Positions 34,004-46,640 of a stretch of DNA of 64,000 nucleotides are shown in pieces. Origin of the DNA: Naegleria gruberi (Eukaryota). The stretch lies in NCBI GenBank assembly GCA_000004985.1, contig GG738898.1. One strand, written 5' to 3'. Positions within the stretch are counted from its first letter, which is position 1, and the number at the start of each line of letters is the position of its first letter. A model generated the notes under the pieces. That model made no database searches. It was not told the origin of the DNA and saw only the letters and a list, made by a program, of their open reading frames with translations. Position numbers and translations under genes: made by a program.

Positions 34004-36892
34004 ATGAGTGTAAGCTTTCAACATCCTATATCCTCAACAGTTTCGGAATCCAAAGAAGATGAAATCTCTTCGGTTTGGTTTGATTCGAAAAAAGCATCAC
34101 TACCAACATCTAAATCATCGTTTTATTTGGTGCCAGAGGGAGACGATACAACCACTGCACCACCACCAACAAGACAAAGAGCATCAAGCACAGCTAACAT
34201 GTCCTTCATGGACCGAATATTTCATTACTTTAATAGAGAAGACGACAATTTTGAATATAGAAAGAATTCGATGGGAATGAGACTTAAATTTGTTTATTTA
34301 TTCTACTTTTTAATGGTTGGAAGTTTGGGATTTATATATATTGATGGAGTTACTCAAACTAGATTTGTATTTTATGTATTGATAGGAGCAGAGTTCATCC
34401 TTAATTCGCTGGTGATTAGGAATATCGAAAGGAATATACCAATGGCTAAGAAAGAGGCCCTGAATATGTTCATGACACTCTTTTCGTGTGCTAATAGAAT
34501 TGTACTTCAGGTGAGTATTTTTGATTATATTCGAAGAGTTTGATCATGATGGTAATAATTTCAGATTTATTACGGCCCTAATTTTCCTCTTTGGGGAATT
34601 AATACCTACCTTATAGTTATTACATCTAACTCGCTATACTTTAAAAAGTGGTCTACATTATTTAACTGTTTACTCATTTTGGCAACCACTCAATGCTCAC
34701 TATACTTTTCTTATCTGTTGATGGAATTTAGAGCAGATACTGGAGAAATATTTGGAAATGGACTTGAACGAATGGCACCAGTGTTGAATGGATTTGCATG
34801 TTTGAATTCTAGAAAATTCATCAAAATGACTGAAATTTGTGTTATGCAAATTATTGTAACAGCGAGTGGATTTATGTTTTCAGATGTATCTGAAAAGCAG
34901 TATGAAAAGATCTTCCGACAACAAATGGAAATTATGAAAGAAAAGGTTTTGAATGCCTCCAAGACAAAGTTTATTGGTAATCTCTCACATGAAGTGAGAA
35001 ATCCTTTACATGGTGTGGTAAGTAGTCTTTAAGAATTTTACAATAATTGGATTTCATTGATCAATGTATATTTCTAACAGGTTGGATCCATTCAAATATT
35101 AAAACATGAAGCTGAAAGATTAAACAGATTCACAGAATCCTCACTAAGAAAATCAAGCTCATTCAAAATGAGAAGACGAAAGAATTCCCTTCCCAGTTCA
35201 ATTCTCACTTCCTCTGAATGCCTTGAAGATTTATCAATAGACCATAGTATTGATGCGAATACAATAATTGCATCCAATCAAAGCTCTGTAGAATTAATTG
35301 ATGATATTTACAATAACTCCATACTGCTTTTAAACATATTTTCTAGATCATTACAACTAAGCAATTTAGAACTGGGTCAAGTCAAGTTGAATTTCCAAAA
35401 CTTTGACATGCTTGAATTGTTGGAAACAATGACTTCAGTATTTTACACATTGGCTTACGATAAGGGGATTTCTATTCAATCATTTTTTGATTTTGAAAAA
35501 GTGCCATTATTATTTAGAGGAGATCAGGTTAAGATTTCTCAAGTTTTGATGAACATCATTTCAAACAGTATCAAGTACACAAAGAAGGGATATGTTATGA
35601 TTACATGCGATCTTTGCAAAGATACTGATTTTGCCAAGTTTGGTTTAGATGAAAAAGCTCTAAAATCCATTCGAGATAATCTCACACTAGGAAACGAAGA
35701 GGAGGAAGTTGTCTTTCTCAAGATTAATTGTAACGATACTGGTCTTGGAATTTCACTCAATTCAATGAAAACTCTGTTCAAACCCTTCAGGACTATTGAA
35801 AACTCCTCACCAAGCTTTGAACAATACTACTCCAAGTATGAAAACCAAAAGGAAATTGCCAACTCTAGCTTTTCAGATCGTAACGGATTGGGGTTATCTA
35901 TTTGCAAGAGATTTTGTGATGTTATGCACGGGAAAATTGGCGTAGAAAGTGAAGTTGGAAATGGAACAAACATCTCAATCCTTTTACCTCTTGTGAAATG
36001 TTCTGAGAAAATTGAGACAGACTTTTCCAAAAAATCTGTTCATGACCAACTACTAACCTTGAAGAATATGAACATTCCAACTGTTTCCATCTATATTGTC
36101 GACTCGAACATTTGCTTGAGAAGAGTATTGACAGATTATCTTCGTTACATTTTTGAGGATTCTCCAATCTATGAATATGATAACTCTCAAAGTATTGATA
36201 TTAGCAATACTGATGTAAACAAGTTGCTAATTACCATTTACTCTGATGAGATGAATGATTCAATTCAAAAACAATTCGAATCATACCAATCTAGAACAAT
36301 ATTTATTCCTCTTTCTAACAGAGGTTTCTCTAAAAGAACAACTAACCTTAGGTACCTAACAAGACCGCTAAGAATTGGAGATTTGTTGAGTCTTTTAATT
36401 GATAACATGATAATCATGTTAGGAAAATTAGAAAATTCACATTCTTTACACTTTATTGAAAATGAAAAAGTTGAGGCGTTACCTCAAGAAATAACTGAGA
36501 TATCTTCGCCATCCAATAACTCAAATTATGCTCTAGTAGTTGACGACAATGAAATTAACAGGAAAGTTCTTCAAAAAATGTTGAAAATGGTTGGATTTGA
36601 TGAAATTGATGTGGCAGAGAATGGCCTTGTTGCATTTGAAAAGTTTAAGGAGAATCCAACCAAGTACAGAATAATATTTATGGATCTTTTAATGCCATTC
36701 GTATCTGGTAAAGAGTCTTGCGAACTCATTAGAAATCATACTACAAAATCTAACACTCTAATTGTTGCTGTCACAGCCAATATTTGGGAAACTAAGGAAA
36801 TGCTTTGTCAAGCAGGGTTTGATAGTGTGATATACAAGCCAATACTTTTAAATAATTTGCAAAAGGAGCTTACGAATTTGGGGTTACTATAA
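34004..36892 (+). CDS. Membrane-anchored hybrid histidine kinase (multi-TM sensor region, HisKA, HATPase_c, C-terminal receiver), 3 exons
   Basis: Exon 1 34004..34510. Intron 34511..34564 (GTGAGT…TTCAG). Exon 2 34565..35017. Intron 35018..35080 (GTAAGT…CTAACAG). Exon 3 35081..36892. The H-box LSHEVRNPLHGV|VGSIQIL spans intron 2. The N-box is …NIISNSIKYT. G-boxes are DTGLGI and GLGLSI. The receiver has ALVVDDNEINRKVL…IIFMDLLMP…YKP. At least four predicted TM helices lie in exons 1-2. Track start 33992 is TTG; first ATG is 34004. Confidence 0.8.
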
Positions 36893-36908
36893 TTTACTGT
36901 TATTTTTA

Positions 36909-39786
36909 CTATTTGAAAATTATTGCATAACCATCAAACTCTTTTCCAATAACAGACCTTTCAAGTCTTAGAGCTACCTCTAATTCTCCTTTACTGATGA
37001 CCTCATCACAAACAGTAACATGGCCACATTCAAGGAAGGAAATCAGATCTCTTTTTGTCAACATTTGTAACTGTGGAAAGACAACTTTAATTTTTCTAGC
37101 AAACCTTCTACCAAGAGAAGCCATATTTGGAATTGCAACAAGATTTACATCCTCATTCTTGTTGGTTATTTCAATCTCTCTACAATTGATTTGATCCTTT
37201 AGATTAGTTGAGATAGTTCGTAATTTCCCTACCAGACTTTCATCTAAAACAAATATTACACATTTCGAAATTGAGGTAACTTTTGAAATGTTGAACATTT
37301 TTCTAACTAGTGAAGAATTGTTGGTAATGTCATAAAATAAACTAATAATTTCGTCCAAATCCAAATCTATTACGCTTTCAAAGTGTAATTTGCTTTGTAA
37401 ATGTATTGAACCTTTTGTTCCTTTATCCAATAGTTTAAAGAGATACTCTGCTAGAAACGGCGTAAGCGGTGCCATCAAGTGAATCAGAATATTCAAATTC
37501 TTAAGAAGAATTGTTAGCAATGATAATCTATCTTCTTTTGAAATATTGGTTGATAAATATTTCTTCTTTTGAATAAAAAAATAAACCAAATCCTGTTCAT
37601 ATTCAAGTATTCTCTTCACGATATCAGAAACTTTGAGTAGAGAGAAGTTTTCCTCAACAAATTTGTAGAATTTCCTCTGGATGTAATAAATCTGTCAAAA
37701 ATGTCGCTTGTTTGTTGATCATTTTCCATTACTTCTCCCAACTCTATTGAATTTGTTTCAATACAATCAGCCAACTTGTGTGCGATTTTGTAAAGTGGTA
37801 AAATATTCTTACTAAACACTGCAGCGATTCCAGCATCTGTGACATTCAAAACCCCTCCACAAACTGCTTCAGATGATAGTAAATAAAGTCTGAGAGCATC
37901 CGAACCATAACAACTTAAATCTTCAGGAAATGAAAAGTGCTTGTTTTTGTGTTTACAATCTTGCACAAGTCCAGTGACAAGAGCAGCCTCTAATGGTTGT
38001 TTTTGATCTAATGCAGCTCCAATAACTTGCATGGCATGAAGCCATCCGTTACTTTGATTCATTCCCTCAGTAGCTAGATTACCAGTCAACCTTTTTTCAG
38101 ATTGAATATCAGCAAATGGAAACATCCAGATTCAAACCAGCCGTCAAACACATAGGGTACTCTTTTGAGAATTACATGTTCTCTTGTTGGACTTGGGATT
38201 GTCAAGTGGTCTATGAACTCTCTGTGAATATTTTCAAGTCCGCTTTTACCAGTCAATTTCTCCAATTCTTCTATGGATTCCACCACAATAATTTCTTCAC
38301 CATCTTCACTCATCCAAATTGGCAGAGGTGTTCCCCAATATCTTGATTTGGATATGAGCCAGAACTCGTATTGATTATTTGAAAATCTGTTAGCTATATT
38401 CTCAGGAAACCATTTCACATTTTTACAATTTTCCAAATACTTTGTATTGATAGATTTCATATCAAGGAACCATCCTTCAACTGCTTTGTAAATGAGAGTT
38501 CTCCCTGATATCCAACATGAATTTTGATAACTAGTTCTTTTCTCCTTTTTCAGTAACATTGACCTCAATGTGAGGTTTTTAACCAGTTGATTTGAAAGAT
38601 GATCTACATATTTTCCTTCAAACTCTGAGCCCTTCAATAGACACTTCCCGGTTTCATCTATTGGACAAGGTAATTCAGAACTCTCAACAAATCTCAATTC
38701 ATTACAAATATTGTAATCCTGGAGTGAAAGTCCAGGTGCAAGATGAATAATTCCAGTTCCTGTCTCGGTAACAGGATCACTACTTGGTATAATTCTAAAA
38801 GATCCTTCATTGTTCGAGTAATATTCAAAAGCTGGCACATATGTTAAACCCACCAATTCATGTCCTTTGAACGTGTCAACAATCTTCTCCTCTTTGAAAT
38901 GCTTCTCATAATATGATCTAGAAAGAATATATTCTTTTCCTGTTATTATTTTTACATAGTCTTTTTCTGGATTTACACAGAGAGCAACATTTGCAAGTAG
39001 TTTCCAACACGGATTCATACATGATGTCATTAAAAATGTTCCTTTGAATTTTTCCTTATCAGAAATAAGTTCAATTGAGATTGTAATTTCAAGTGAATCA
39101 ACGTTCAAATGGTTTTTCGCTTCAATATCTGACAGTGGGCTGGCACATCCAATACTGAATGGTAATAATTTTACATCCTTGTAAATGAGCTTATTATCCC
39201 ATAACTCTTTAAAAATCTTCCAAACATTTTCCATGTATTTTGGTTGACTTGTAGAGCAAGTATTTGAAAAATCAAGCCATCTTCCCATTCTGCTCAATCC
39301 ATTCTTCCACTCATCCATATGCTCAATTGAAATCTTTTCACATTCCTCATTATATTTTGCAATCCCAAGCTCTTCAATTTCAGAATAGGACCAAGCCAAT
39401 TTACCTCTTTTCTTTTCAAATTCATATTCGATCGGCAATCCATGACAATCCATCACAAATCTGCAATCCAATCCATATCCAAACTGAAAAGCAAATCTTG
39501 AAATCATATCTTTGATGGTTGTATTCAACAAATGTCCACAATGAGGTTTCTTTGATCAAATTCATCATCACACAAAATACTAATTATTAAATTCACCTAC
39601 CCCTGAAGCAAATGGAGGCTTTTCAAGCAATGAAAATTGATCATTTCTGCTCTGAGCCTCCCTTATCCATAAATCATCAATTTTGTGTTCCTTCCAATAT
39701 TGCATAATTTCTTTCTCCACCAATACTATTGATTTTTCTCCGATTATCAGAGGTTGAGTATTCTTTGTATTGTTGCTGTTGATCAT
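36909..39786 (-). CDS. Cytoplasmic-type isoleucyl-tRNA synthetase homolog (class I aaRS), interrupted by two 1-nt frameshifts
   Basis: Exon 1 39786..39601 (…EKPPFASG). 51-nt intron GTAGGT…CAAAG at 39550..39600. Exon 2 starts KPHCGHLLNTTIKDMISRFA (HIGH motif as HCGH). It then has …GWDCHGLPIE… and …WFESG. A frameshift lies near 38118-38131: restoring one a in ggaatg gives WFESGMFPFADIQ…GWLHAM…. A second lies near 37675-37690: restoring one c in tccc ag gives …ITSQRKFYKFVEE…LMAPLTPFLAEYL. The KMSKS-equivalent is GLVQDCKHKNKHFSFPED…YGSDALRLYL. TAG stop. Confidence 0.65.
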
Positions 39787-39962
39787 TTTTTTTGTGTTTG
39801 GTTTACAAAATCATTTCTTTCCAGTTCAATGTTCCAGTACTTGAATAGATAAATATCAATAAAAATTTTGGTCATTATGCACAAGAATTTTAACAATTTA
39901 GTTGGGAACTTTAAATTCATTTAAAGTTGTTGAAAGTTTACTAAAAAAAACATTTAAAAAAA

Positions 39963-40661
39963 ATGAAAAGAAAACTCTCGGAAACTATGTTAGGCAAATT
40001 TTTGATCGATGAAAATTGTCACCAAAAAATACAAGACGATTGTTTCATAGCTCCACACTTGAAGAAAATTAAGAATGCTACTGTTGTTGAGGATGAGGAG
40101 GATATGATGGATGATTCTTTGAGTTTTGATCAATCACGAATGCAGAAAATGATTAACCTATCGAATGTTACTACAGAGACAGCTTGTGTTGTGCATGGAA
40201 ATTGTGTAAATTTACCAAGTCAATCGAGTTTAATGTCCCTTTTTGAGAATCCTAGCAAGTATTTGCTTTTAGTGTTTCATTCACAAAATTTCACGCCATT
40301 TTCGTCCAGATTGTTACTAGTACTGAATCAGTCATTGGAAAGGTTTAGACAATTGAGTGCTGAGATGGTATCTGTGAGCTCTGACTCTCATTATTCACAT
40401 ATGATTTGGAGCAAGTTGCCAATTTCAGATATGAATGGGTTAGGTCATCAGAATCATATTCCTCTAATTTCTGATTTGAACCATGATATTTGCAAGAGAT
40501 TTTTAGGGAAATTCTCGAATGAGCCATGTATTTTCCTTATTGATATTATTGCAAACCATTGTTGTAAATTCGATTTGGCTCCTATTCAGATATCAAATAA
40601 TTTAGACATTATTCCCGATGCAATTTCACATATTGAAAATTTCATAAGAAATTTGAACTAA
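39963..40661 (+). CDS. Peroxiredoxin/AhpC-TSA-fold protein lacking the peroxidatic cysteine
   Basis: It has the thioredoxin-fold Prx pattern …LLLVFHSQNFTPFSSRLLLVL…EMVSVSSDSHYSHMIWSKLPISDMNGLGHQNHIPLISDLNHDICKRFLG…CIFLIDI…. The Cp position (FTFVCPTE in Prx) reads FTPFSSR here. Single exon, TAA stop. Confidence 0.5.
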   Translation: MKRKLSETMLGKFLIDENCHQKIQDDCFIAPHLKKIKNATVVEDEEDMMDDSLSFDQSRMQKMINLSNVTTETACVVHGNCVNLPSQSSLMSLFENPSKYLLLVFHSQNFTPFSSRLLLVLNQSLERFRQLSAEMVSVSSDSHYSHMIWSKLPISDMNGLGHQNHIPLISDLNHDICKRFLGKFSNEPCIFLIDIIANHCCKFDLAPIQISNNLDIIPDAISHIENFIRNLN

Positions 40662-41773
40662 TTCTCCTCATCTAGAAATAGTGCAATAGTACAAACATCA
40701 ATATCAATTTTCTTTTCAAATCCCAACTTGGAATACAAGTTACAACCACTCTCAGATGCATGTAATATGACATGATCATATCCCCTCAACTTGGCCAATT
40801 CCATCAATGTAACAACAATCATGGTGGCATAACCTCTTCCTCTAAATTGATCTCTTGTGGCAATACTGTAGATGGCCGCACAATTCGAATTCTCCTTGTA
40901 ATCTTTACTCTCCAACTCATTTCCATAAAGAATCATACCAGCTGAGGCAATTTCATTATTTTCCAAAATAATTACATAATCTGACAGAGGTTTACCACCA
41001 GCTCTCTCCAATTGAACTTGTCTATAGTAAATATTAAAGAGATGCTTTCTAAGAGAGGGATTCATTCGATTTCCTGATGCAAATTCAACTGTAATCTCAA
41101 AATATTTACAAAAATCCTCAAAATTGTCAGTGGCTGTTTTAAGAATAATTGTCTTGTCTTTTAGTTGATCCTCTGAGGTTAGAGAGCTATTATGTAAACT
41201 TTCACAATTCAATCGACAGAATACTCTCGTATCGAATTTTCTCATTGTATCCAATTTCCATTGATGTTTCGTCTTCATGGTATTCAACTGTGTGTTGAAG
41301 AATTCAGTGCTCGGAGCTGATGTTTTCCATATCATGCCACTCTCCTTGCTTTGGTGAGTGGTTGGAAATTTGGTTTTTAATCTGTTGACCAAGCTATTGT
41401 TGAGTTGATGAGGAAGGAAGAGACAAACAATGTAGTGCTGGGCAATCTTTTCAATTAAACTTTCCTTTTCAAAGATGAAGTGATTATTCAGCTCTTCTTT
41501 GTCAACGTTATTTGGAGAAGAGGTAGTATTGTCATTGTGAGGAACAGTAAATTGTGGCAATGTTGAATAGGCGTAGAAGAATAATTGTGCAATATCGTGA
41601 TGAGTGCTTTCCGCAGATGGATTGTCTACAGTGGAAGGAACAGCACATGTTTCCGAGCCTGAATACACATGATTAACAATACTATCACCAAATCTCCTTT
41701 TAAATATTTCGTTATAATCCCAAATGGCCTTGATGATTAATTGTTGCTCATCTTGTTGCTTATCACTCGACAT
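40658..41773 (-). CDS. Protein with C-terminal GNAT N-acetyltransferase domain
   Basis: The C-terminus has the acetyl-CoA-binding pattern …IATRDQFRGRGYATMIVVTLMELAKLRGYDHVILHASESGCNLYSKLGF…. Track start 41794 is TTG; first ATG (MSSDKQQ) is near 41773. Ends in TAG. The last codons overlap the 3' end of the Prx-like gene on the other strand by 4 nt. Confidence 0.5.
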   Translation of the reverse strand: MSSDKQQDEQQLIIKAIWDYNEIFKRRFGDSIVNHVYSGSETCAVPSTVDNPSAESTHHDIAQLFFYAYSTLPQFTVPHNDNTTSSPNNVDKEELNNHFIFEKESLIEKIAQHYIVCLFLPHQLNNSLVNRLKTKFPTTHQSKESGMIWKTSAPSTEFFNTQLNTMKTKHQWKLDTMRKFDTRVFCRLNCESLHNSSLTSEDQLKDKTIILKTATDNFEDFCKYFEITVEFASGNRMNPSLRKHLFNIYYRQVQLERAGGKPLSDYVIILENNEIASAGMILYGNELESKDYKENSNCAAIYSIATRDQFRGRGYATMIVVTLMELAKLRGYDHVILHASESGCNLYSKLGFEKKIDIDVCTIALFLDEEN

Positions 41774-41911
41774 TTTTCTTCTTGATGTTTTCAAAAAGCA
41801 GAATGAATAACAAACCTCGAATAATTAATTAAATTAGTTTATTCAGTTGCTAGCAGCATTAAAGATAAGAGTTGAATTTTAAGTTTTTTCGATATATTTA
41901 TTTTAGAGGGT

Positions 41912-42397
<486 letters not shown>

Positions 42398-42898
42398 TCA
42401 ACAAATTTTTAATAATTTTATTCTGGAGGTGGTTGATAAGCACAACAAGGAGACTTTACAATGAAAACTTTTGGAAGGGGCATTTTTACTGCAGCAGGAT
42501 ATTTTAAGAAGCTTTGGGATCGCCTCTTCAACTCTCGGCTCCACTGACTGTATTATTTGGATTTGATACAAGTGGCTAGAGAGAAATTAACCACCACAAT
42601 GAATGAAACCAATTAATTGTCATTGAGCAACATTGGCTGTTTGAAATTGAATTCAATTTCATGATGGAGTATCAAACCACTTTTATACATTTCAAACTGT
42701 TTCACATTATGATTGAACCAACAATAACCAACACCAATTATTAATTACTCCAACCAATTACAACATTCTCAATATCACATTCATAATTCCAATCTACTCC
42801 AATTCTCTTCCCCATTGGTTCTAATAGCAGCCTTCCTTAAACGATGTTGAGGAGGGAAAGGAGGATGAACATTAAAACTTCCTGCAACCAATCAAAAA

Positions 42899-44683
42899 AT
42901 GCAAAACGATCAAGGACTCCATGCAACATTCTCTTCAGTCGATGAGAACAAGATAAAGATTTGTTTTGTTATGATTGATGGTATTGGAGAGGTTAATATT
43001 GAAGAGTTGGGAAAGAAGACTGCATTGCAAAGTGCTCAAACTCCGAACATGGATCGTTTGGCAGGTAAGAGGATTATTAAATCATCAATTTATTGATTAT
43101 TTAAATTATAATAATAATAATAACATTGCTTGGATGGTTAATCATATTAATTTATAATGTTGATAACTAATTATTGGATTAATAATTATTTGGAAATTAA
43201 TTGAAATTATTATTCGGAAAAAGCTTGTGGTGTAAATGGCTTGATGGATCCTGTTCAACCTGGATTGGCTTGTGGTAGTGATACTGCGCACATGAGTATC
43301 TTTGGTTATGATCCGAGATTGTAAGTTGATTTAACCTTCGAATAGTAGTTTGTTAAATAGTTATTATTGTTATTATTTGACAATATAATTTGTTAATATA
43401 TTTACATCATTACGGACAACAATATCTACTCTGAATTTTGAATTACATTGAACGTAATCCATCTGAATATTATTATTATCCAATTCTATACTCATGAACA
43501 ATAATTTATTATTAATTATTTCTTATTTTCCAATTCAATACTGTCATGTTATTATTTATATTATTATAATAGACACTATAAGGGAAGAGGAAGTTTTGAA
43601 ACTATCGGAGCAGGTCTTGACATGTCTCCAGGTGATATTGCATTCAAGAGTAATTTTGCAACATGGAATTCAAAAACCAATATTGTTGAATTGAGAAGAG
43701 CAGATAGACATTTTGAAGAGATGGGACCAATTCTCTGTGACTATCTTCAACAACAATGTGAAGAGAAGGGGTTCAATGCCAAACATAATTGTACAGTCTC
43801 TATAAAATATGCAACAGAACACAGATGTGGAGTTAAGGTGAGCGGAAAGAATTTGAGTGGTGACATTACTGGAACTGATCCACTTGTGGATGATTTGGAA
43901 CTTGTAAAATGTGAACCTGTTAAGGGACTCAAAGGAGAGGAATTGGAAAAAGCTAAAAGAACAAGTGATCTCGTCAATGATCTTTCACACTTTATCTATG
44001 AACAACTCTCTAAACATGAAATTAACAAACAGAGAAAACAAGAAGGAAAGAATGAAGCCAATATAGTCTTATTGAGAGGTTGTGGTGTTTGTATAGATGT
44101 ACCACCATTCTCAGAGAGACATCCAGGATTGAGAGGTATGTTGGTTGCTCCAACTGCTATCATTGCTGGTCTGGGCAAGAGTGTTGGTATGGAATTGAAA
44201 AAAGTCGAAGGTGCAAGTGGAGATTATCGTACCAATTTAACCAAGAAGGGTAAAGGATTTTTGGAACATTTGGTGAATGGTGATGAATTTAATTTTGGTT
44301 TCTGTCATATTAAGGCAGTTGATGATACTGGTCATGATGGAAATTTTGTTTTAAAGAAGGAATTTATTGAAAAATCAGATCAAATGATTGGTATGCTTAT
44401 GGATGAATTTGAAAAGAGAAAACAACGAGTAGTATTTGTCATTACTGGAGATCACTCTACACCTTGCTATTACAAGGATCATAGTTATGAACCAGTTCCA
44501 TTAATTATTTCTGGCAATTATCTCAACTTGGAACAATATCCAGAGTTGACTGACTCAACAAAATCATTCGATGAAGTCTTTTCTCAAGGCTCCTTAGGCA
44601 GATTCACAGGAGCTCAAGTTTTTGACATTATTCGAAATTATGTCAATGTGACAACTGCTAACAAGAATTATTTCAAATTTTAA
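42899..44683 (+). CDS. apgM: Archaeal-type 2,3-bisphosphoglycerate-independent phosphoglycerate mutase (ApgM / PhosphMutase+Metalloenzyme), 3 exons
   Basis: Exon 1 42899..43064 (…TPNMDRLAG). 159-nt intron at 43065..43223. Exon 2 43224..43320 ([32 protein letters not shown]). 252-nt AT-rich intron at 43321..43572 (GTAAGT…TATAATAG). Exon 3 43573..44683 ([32 protein letters not shown]… with GDHSTP and [10 protein letters not shown]). All are family hallmarks. TAA stop. Confidence 0.8.
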
Positions 44684-44712
44684 ACGAGTATTTCATTCTA
44701 ACAATAAATTAT

Positions 44713-46211
44713 TTATTTCCATTCGAAATCTCCTGTGAGTTTGTTGAAGAGGTAATCTTTGCCATCCAAGTGCATGATACCACATTTGAGAGTACACTTC
44801 CATCTATTCTTGTGACGAGTGACCTTTTCATATTGGGCAAGAATAATGTTAGGGGTATCAGGATCCTTATCATCCTCAACGTCATCATCAGATCCTAATT
44901 CTTCTTCTCCAGTGGAAGCGGCACTCTTAGATGGTTCCTCTTCTTCTTCATCTTCTTCAGAGTCATCGTCTTCATCGTCTTCGTCGTCGTCATCATTTGC
45001 ACCATCATATTGTCTAAAGTTAGGATTATTATTATTGCCTAGTCTTGCATCATTAGAATTTGGATCCAACCTTAATCTCTTGTTGGTATCCAAAGGACTA
45101 GTGTAAGCAGGTGATTCTATTGAGGAAGAACTGAATGGTGTACCATATGGATTTGGTGAGTAAGCTGGAGGTAACATTGAACCAATGGAAGGAAGAGAAT
45201 TCTGGCCAAATTGTGGAGATTGAATACTTGGGAGAGTATTTTCACGAGCTTGTGGTAAGCTAAGAGGAGATTGATTTCTTCCCAAAATTGGATTTGAACT
45301 AAAAGAGACAGGAGGCATGTAACTTTCAGGTCTTCCAAATGAAGATATGGACTAGAGGCCATGAAATCAGATTTTGGAGTTGAAAAGGATGGAGGTGGAA
45401 TATTAGGCATACCATAAGGTGATTGAATTGGAGTTACTGGTGGAGGTAATGAAATTGTGCTACTGAAAATAGAGTTTGGTGTAGATGATGATGGAGTTGT
45501 TGCAGCAGGTAGAGAAGGAAGTGAAAGACCACCTCCACTTGCCAAGATGCCACCTCCAGTACTACTCGATAAGATGCCTCCACCACTACTATTACTTGGT
45601 GTATTGTAGAGTGGATTTGTTGGTGTGGAAATGTTATGATGATGTGCAGATGAGAGTGGAGAAATTGAAGGTAAACCAGGACTAATTGAAGGCAGACTTG
45701 GCATTGCCCCACTGAGAATGCCAGAAGAAAAACCTGGAGGTGGACCCAAATTTGGATTTGAAAAGGATGGAGGTGGAATTCTTGGTTGTGGAGGCATAAA
45801 TTCACTTGGAGTTCCAGCAACAATTGGTAATGTTGGAGCATGGTTACCACCGAGGATATCTTGTGATTGATTGATTTGGGTGGATTGAGTTCCGAGCTGA
45901 GAAGATTGTGTTGGAATTGCAGTGTTACTTGAAGAAGCAGCTGCATTTTGATTTCTTGATCTGGCTGCATTTCTCGAAGCAGCAGCACCTCTATTTGAAC
46001 CTCTCGAACTAGATTGTCCAGGGGTAATATTCCAAGCAGGTACAGCTCCACTTTCTCCAATTTTGTCTCCCCAAAGTTTCTTCAATTCATTTATAACATC
46101 GGAGTTGTAACCTTCCTCAACAAATATTTCTTGAATACCGGCAGCAACTTCATCAATCAGAGAACGATAAAAGTCAGCCACTAATTTTTCGTGGTTGGAA
46201 ACAGAAGACAT
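44713..46211 (-). CDS. TFIIA large subunit (TOA1/GTF2A1-like), frameshifted in the low-complexity middle
   Basis: The N-terminal four-helix region is MSSVSNHEKLVADFYRSLIDEVAAGIQEIFVEEGYNSDVINELKKLWGDKI. A long Ser/Pro/Asn-rich linker and an acidic stretch follow. The C-terminal beta-barrel region is …ILAQYEKVTRHKNRWKCTLKCGIMHLDGKDYLFNKLTGDFEW. The frame changes near 45330-45375, between track ORFs 45117..46211 and 44713..45318. No compatible intron fits; an indel is likely. TAA stop. Confidence 0.6.
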
Positions 46212-46640
46212 GTTGGTTTTGATTCACACAATGAGTAAAATTCCGAACTAGTTGTTGTTTCACTATTGTTGTACTATGTACACTGTGATCAGAGTTGTTT
46301 CTAGCTGAATGAAAGGTTGAAACAAAGAAATTCTTGTTGTTGCTATTCTTGACAAAAACTACTACAACAGAGAGTTGATACTAAATTCTTGTTAGGTGAG
46401 AGTTTAAAGAGAGTGTAGGGACGGTTTGTGTTGGGTTCAAAAAATATTCGCAAGTTGCTACAATGCTTTTTGCGATTTTTTTTTAAATTTTGTAATTTGG
46501 CCGTGCTTTAAACATCAGCGAACATTTTAAAGGCTTTTGGGTTATAAATAGAATGAAATGAGGAGAAAAAAAAGAGAATGAAGTAAGTGAAAACGAGATT
46601 TAATATTACCTATTGGTAAGGAATAATTTGAAATAAAGGT

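Noticed and set aside
45330-45375. 25-nt GT…AG segment (gttacatgcctcctgtctcttttag) as a mini-intron explaining the TFIIA frame change
   Set aside because: The length is far below every other intron here (49 nt or more). Splicing it does not produce the downstream frame. An indel is more likely.
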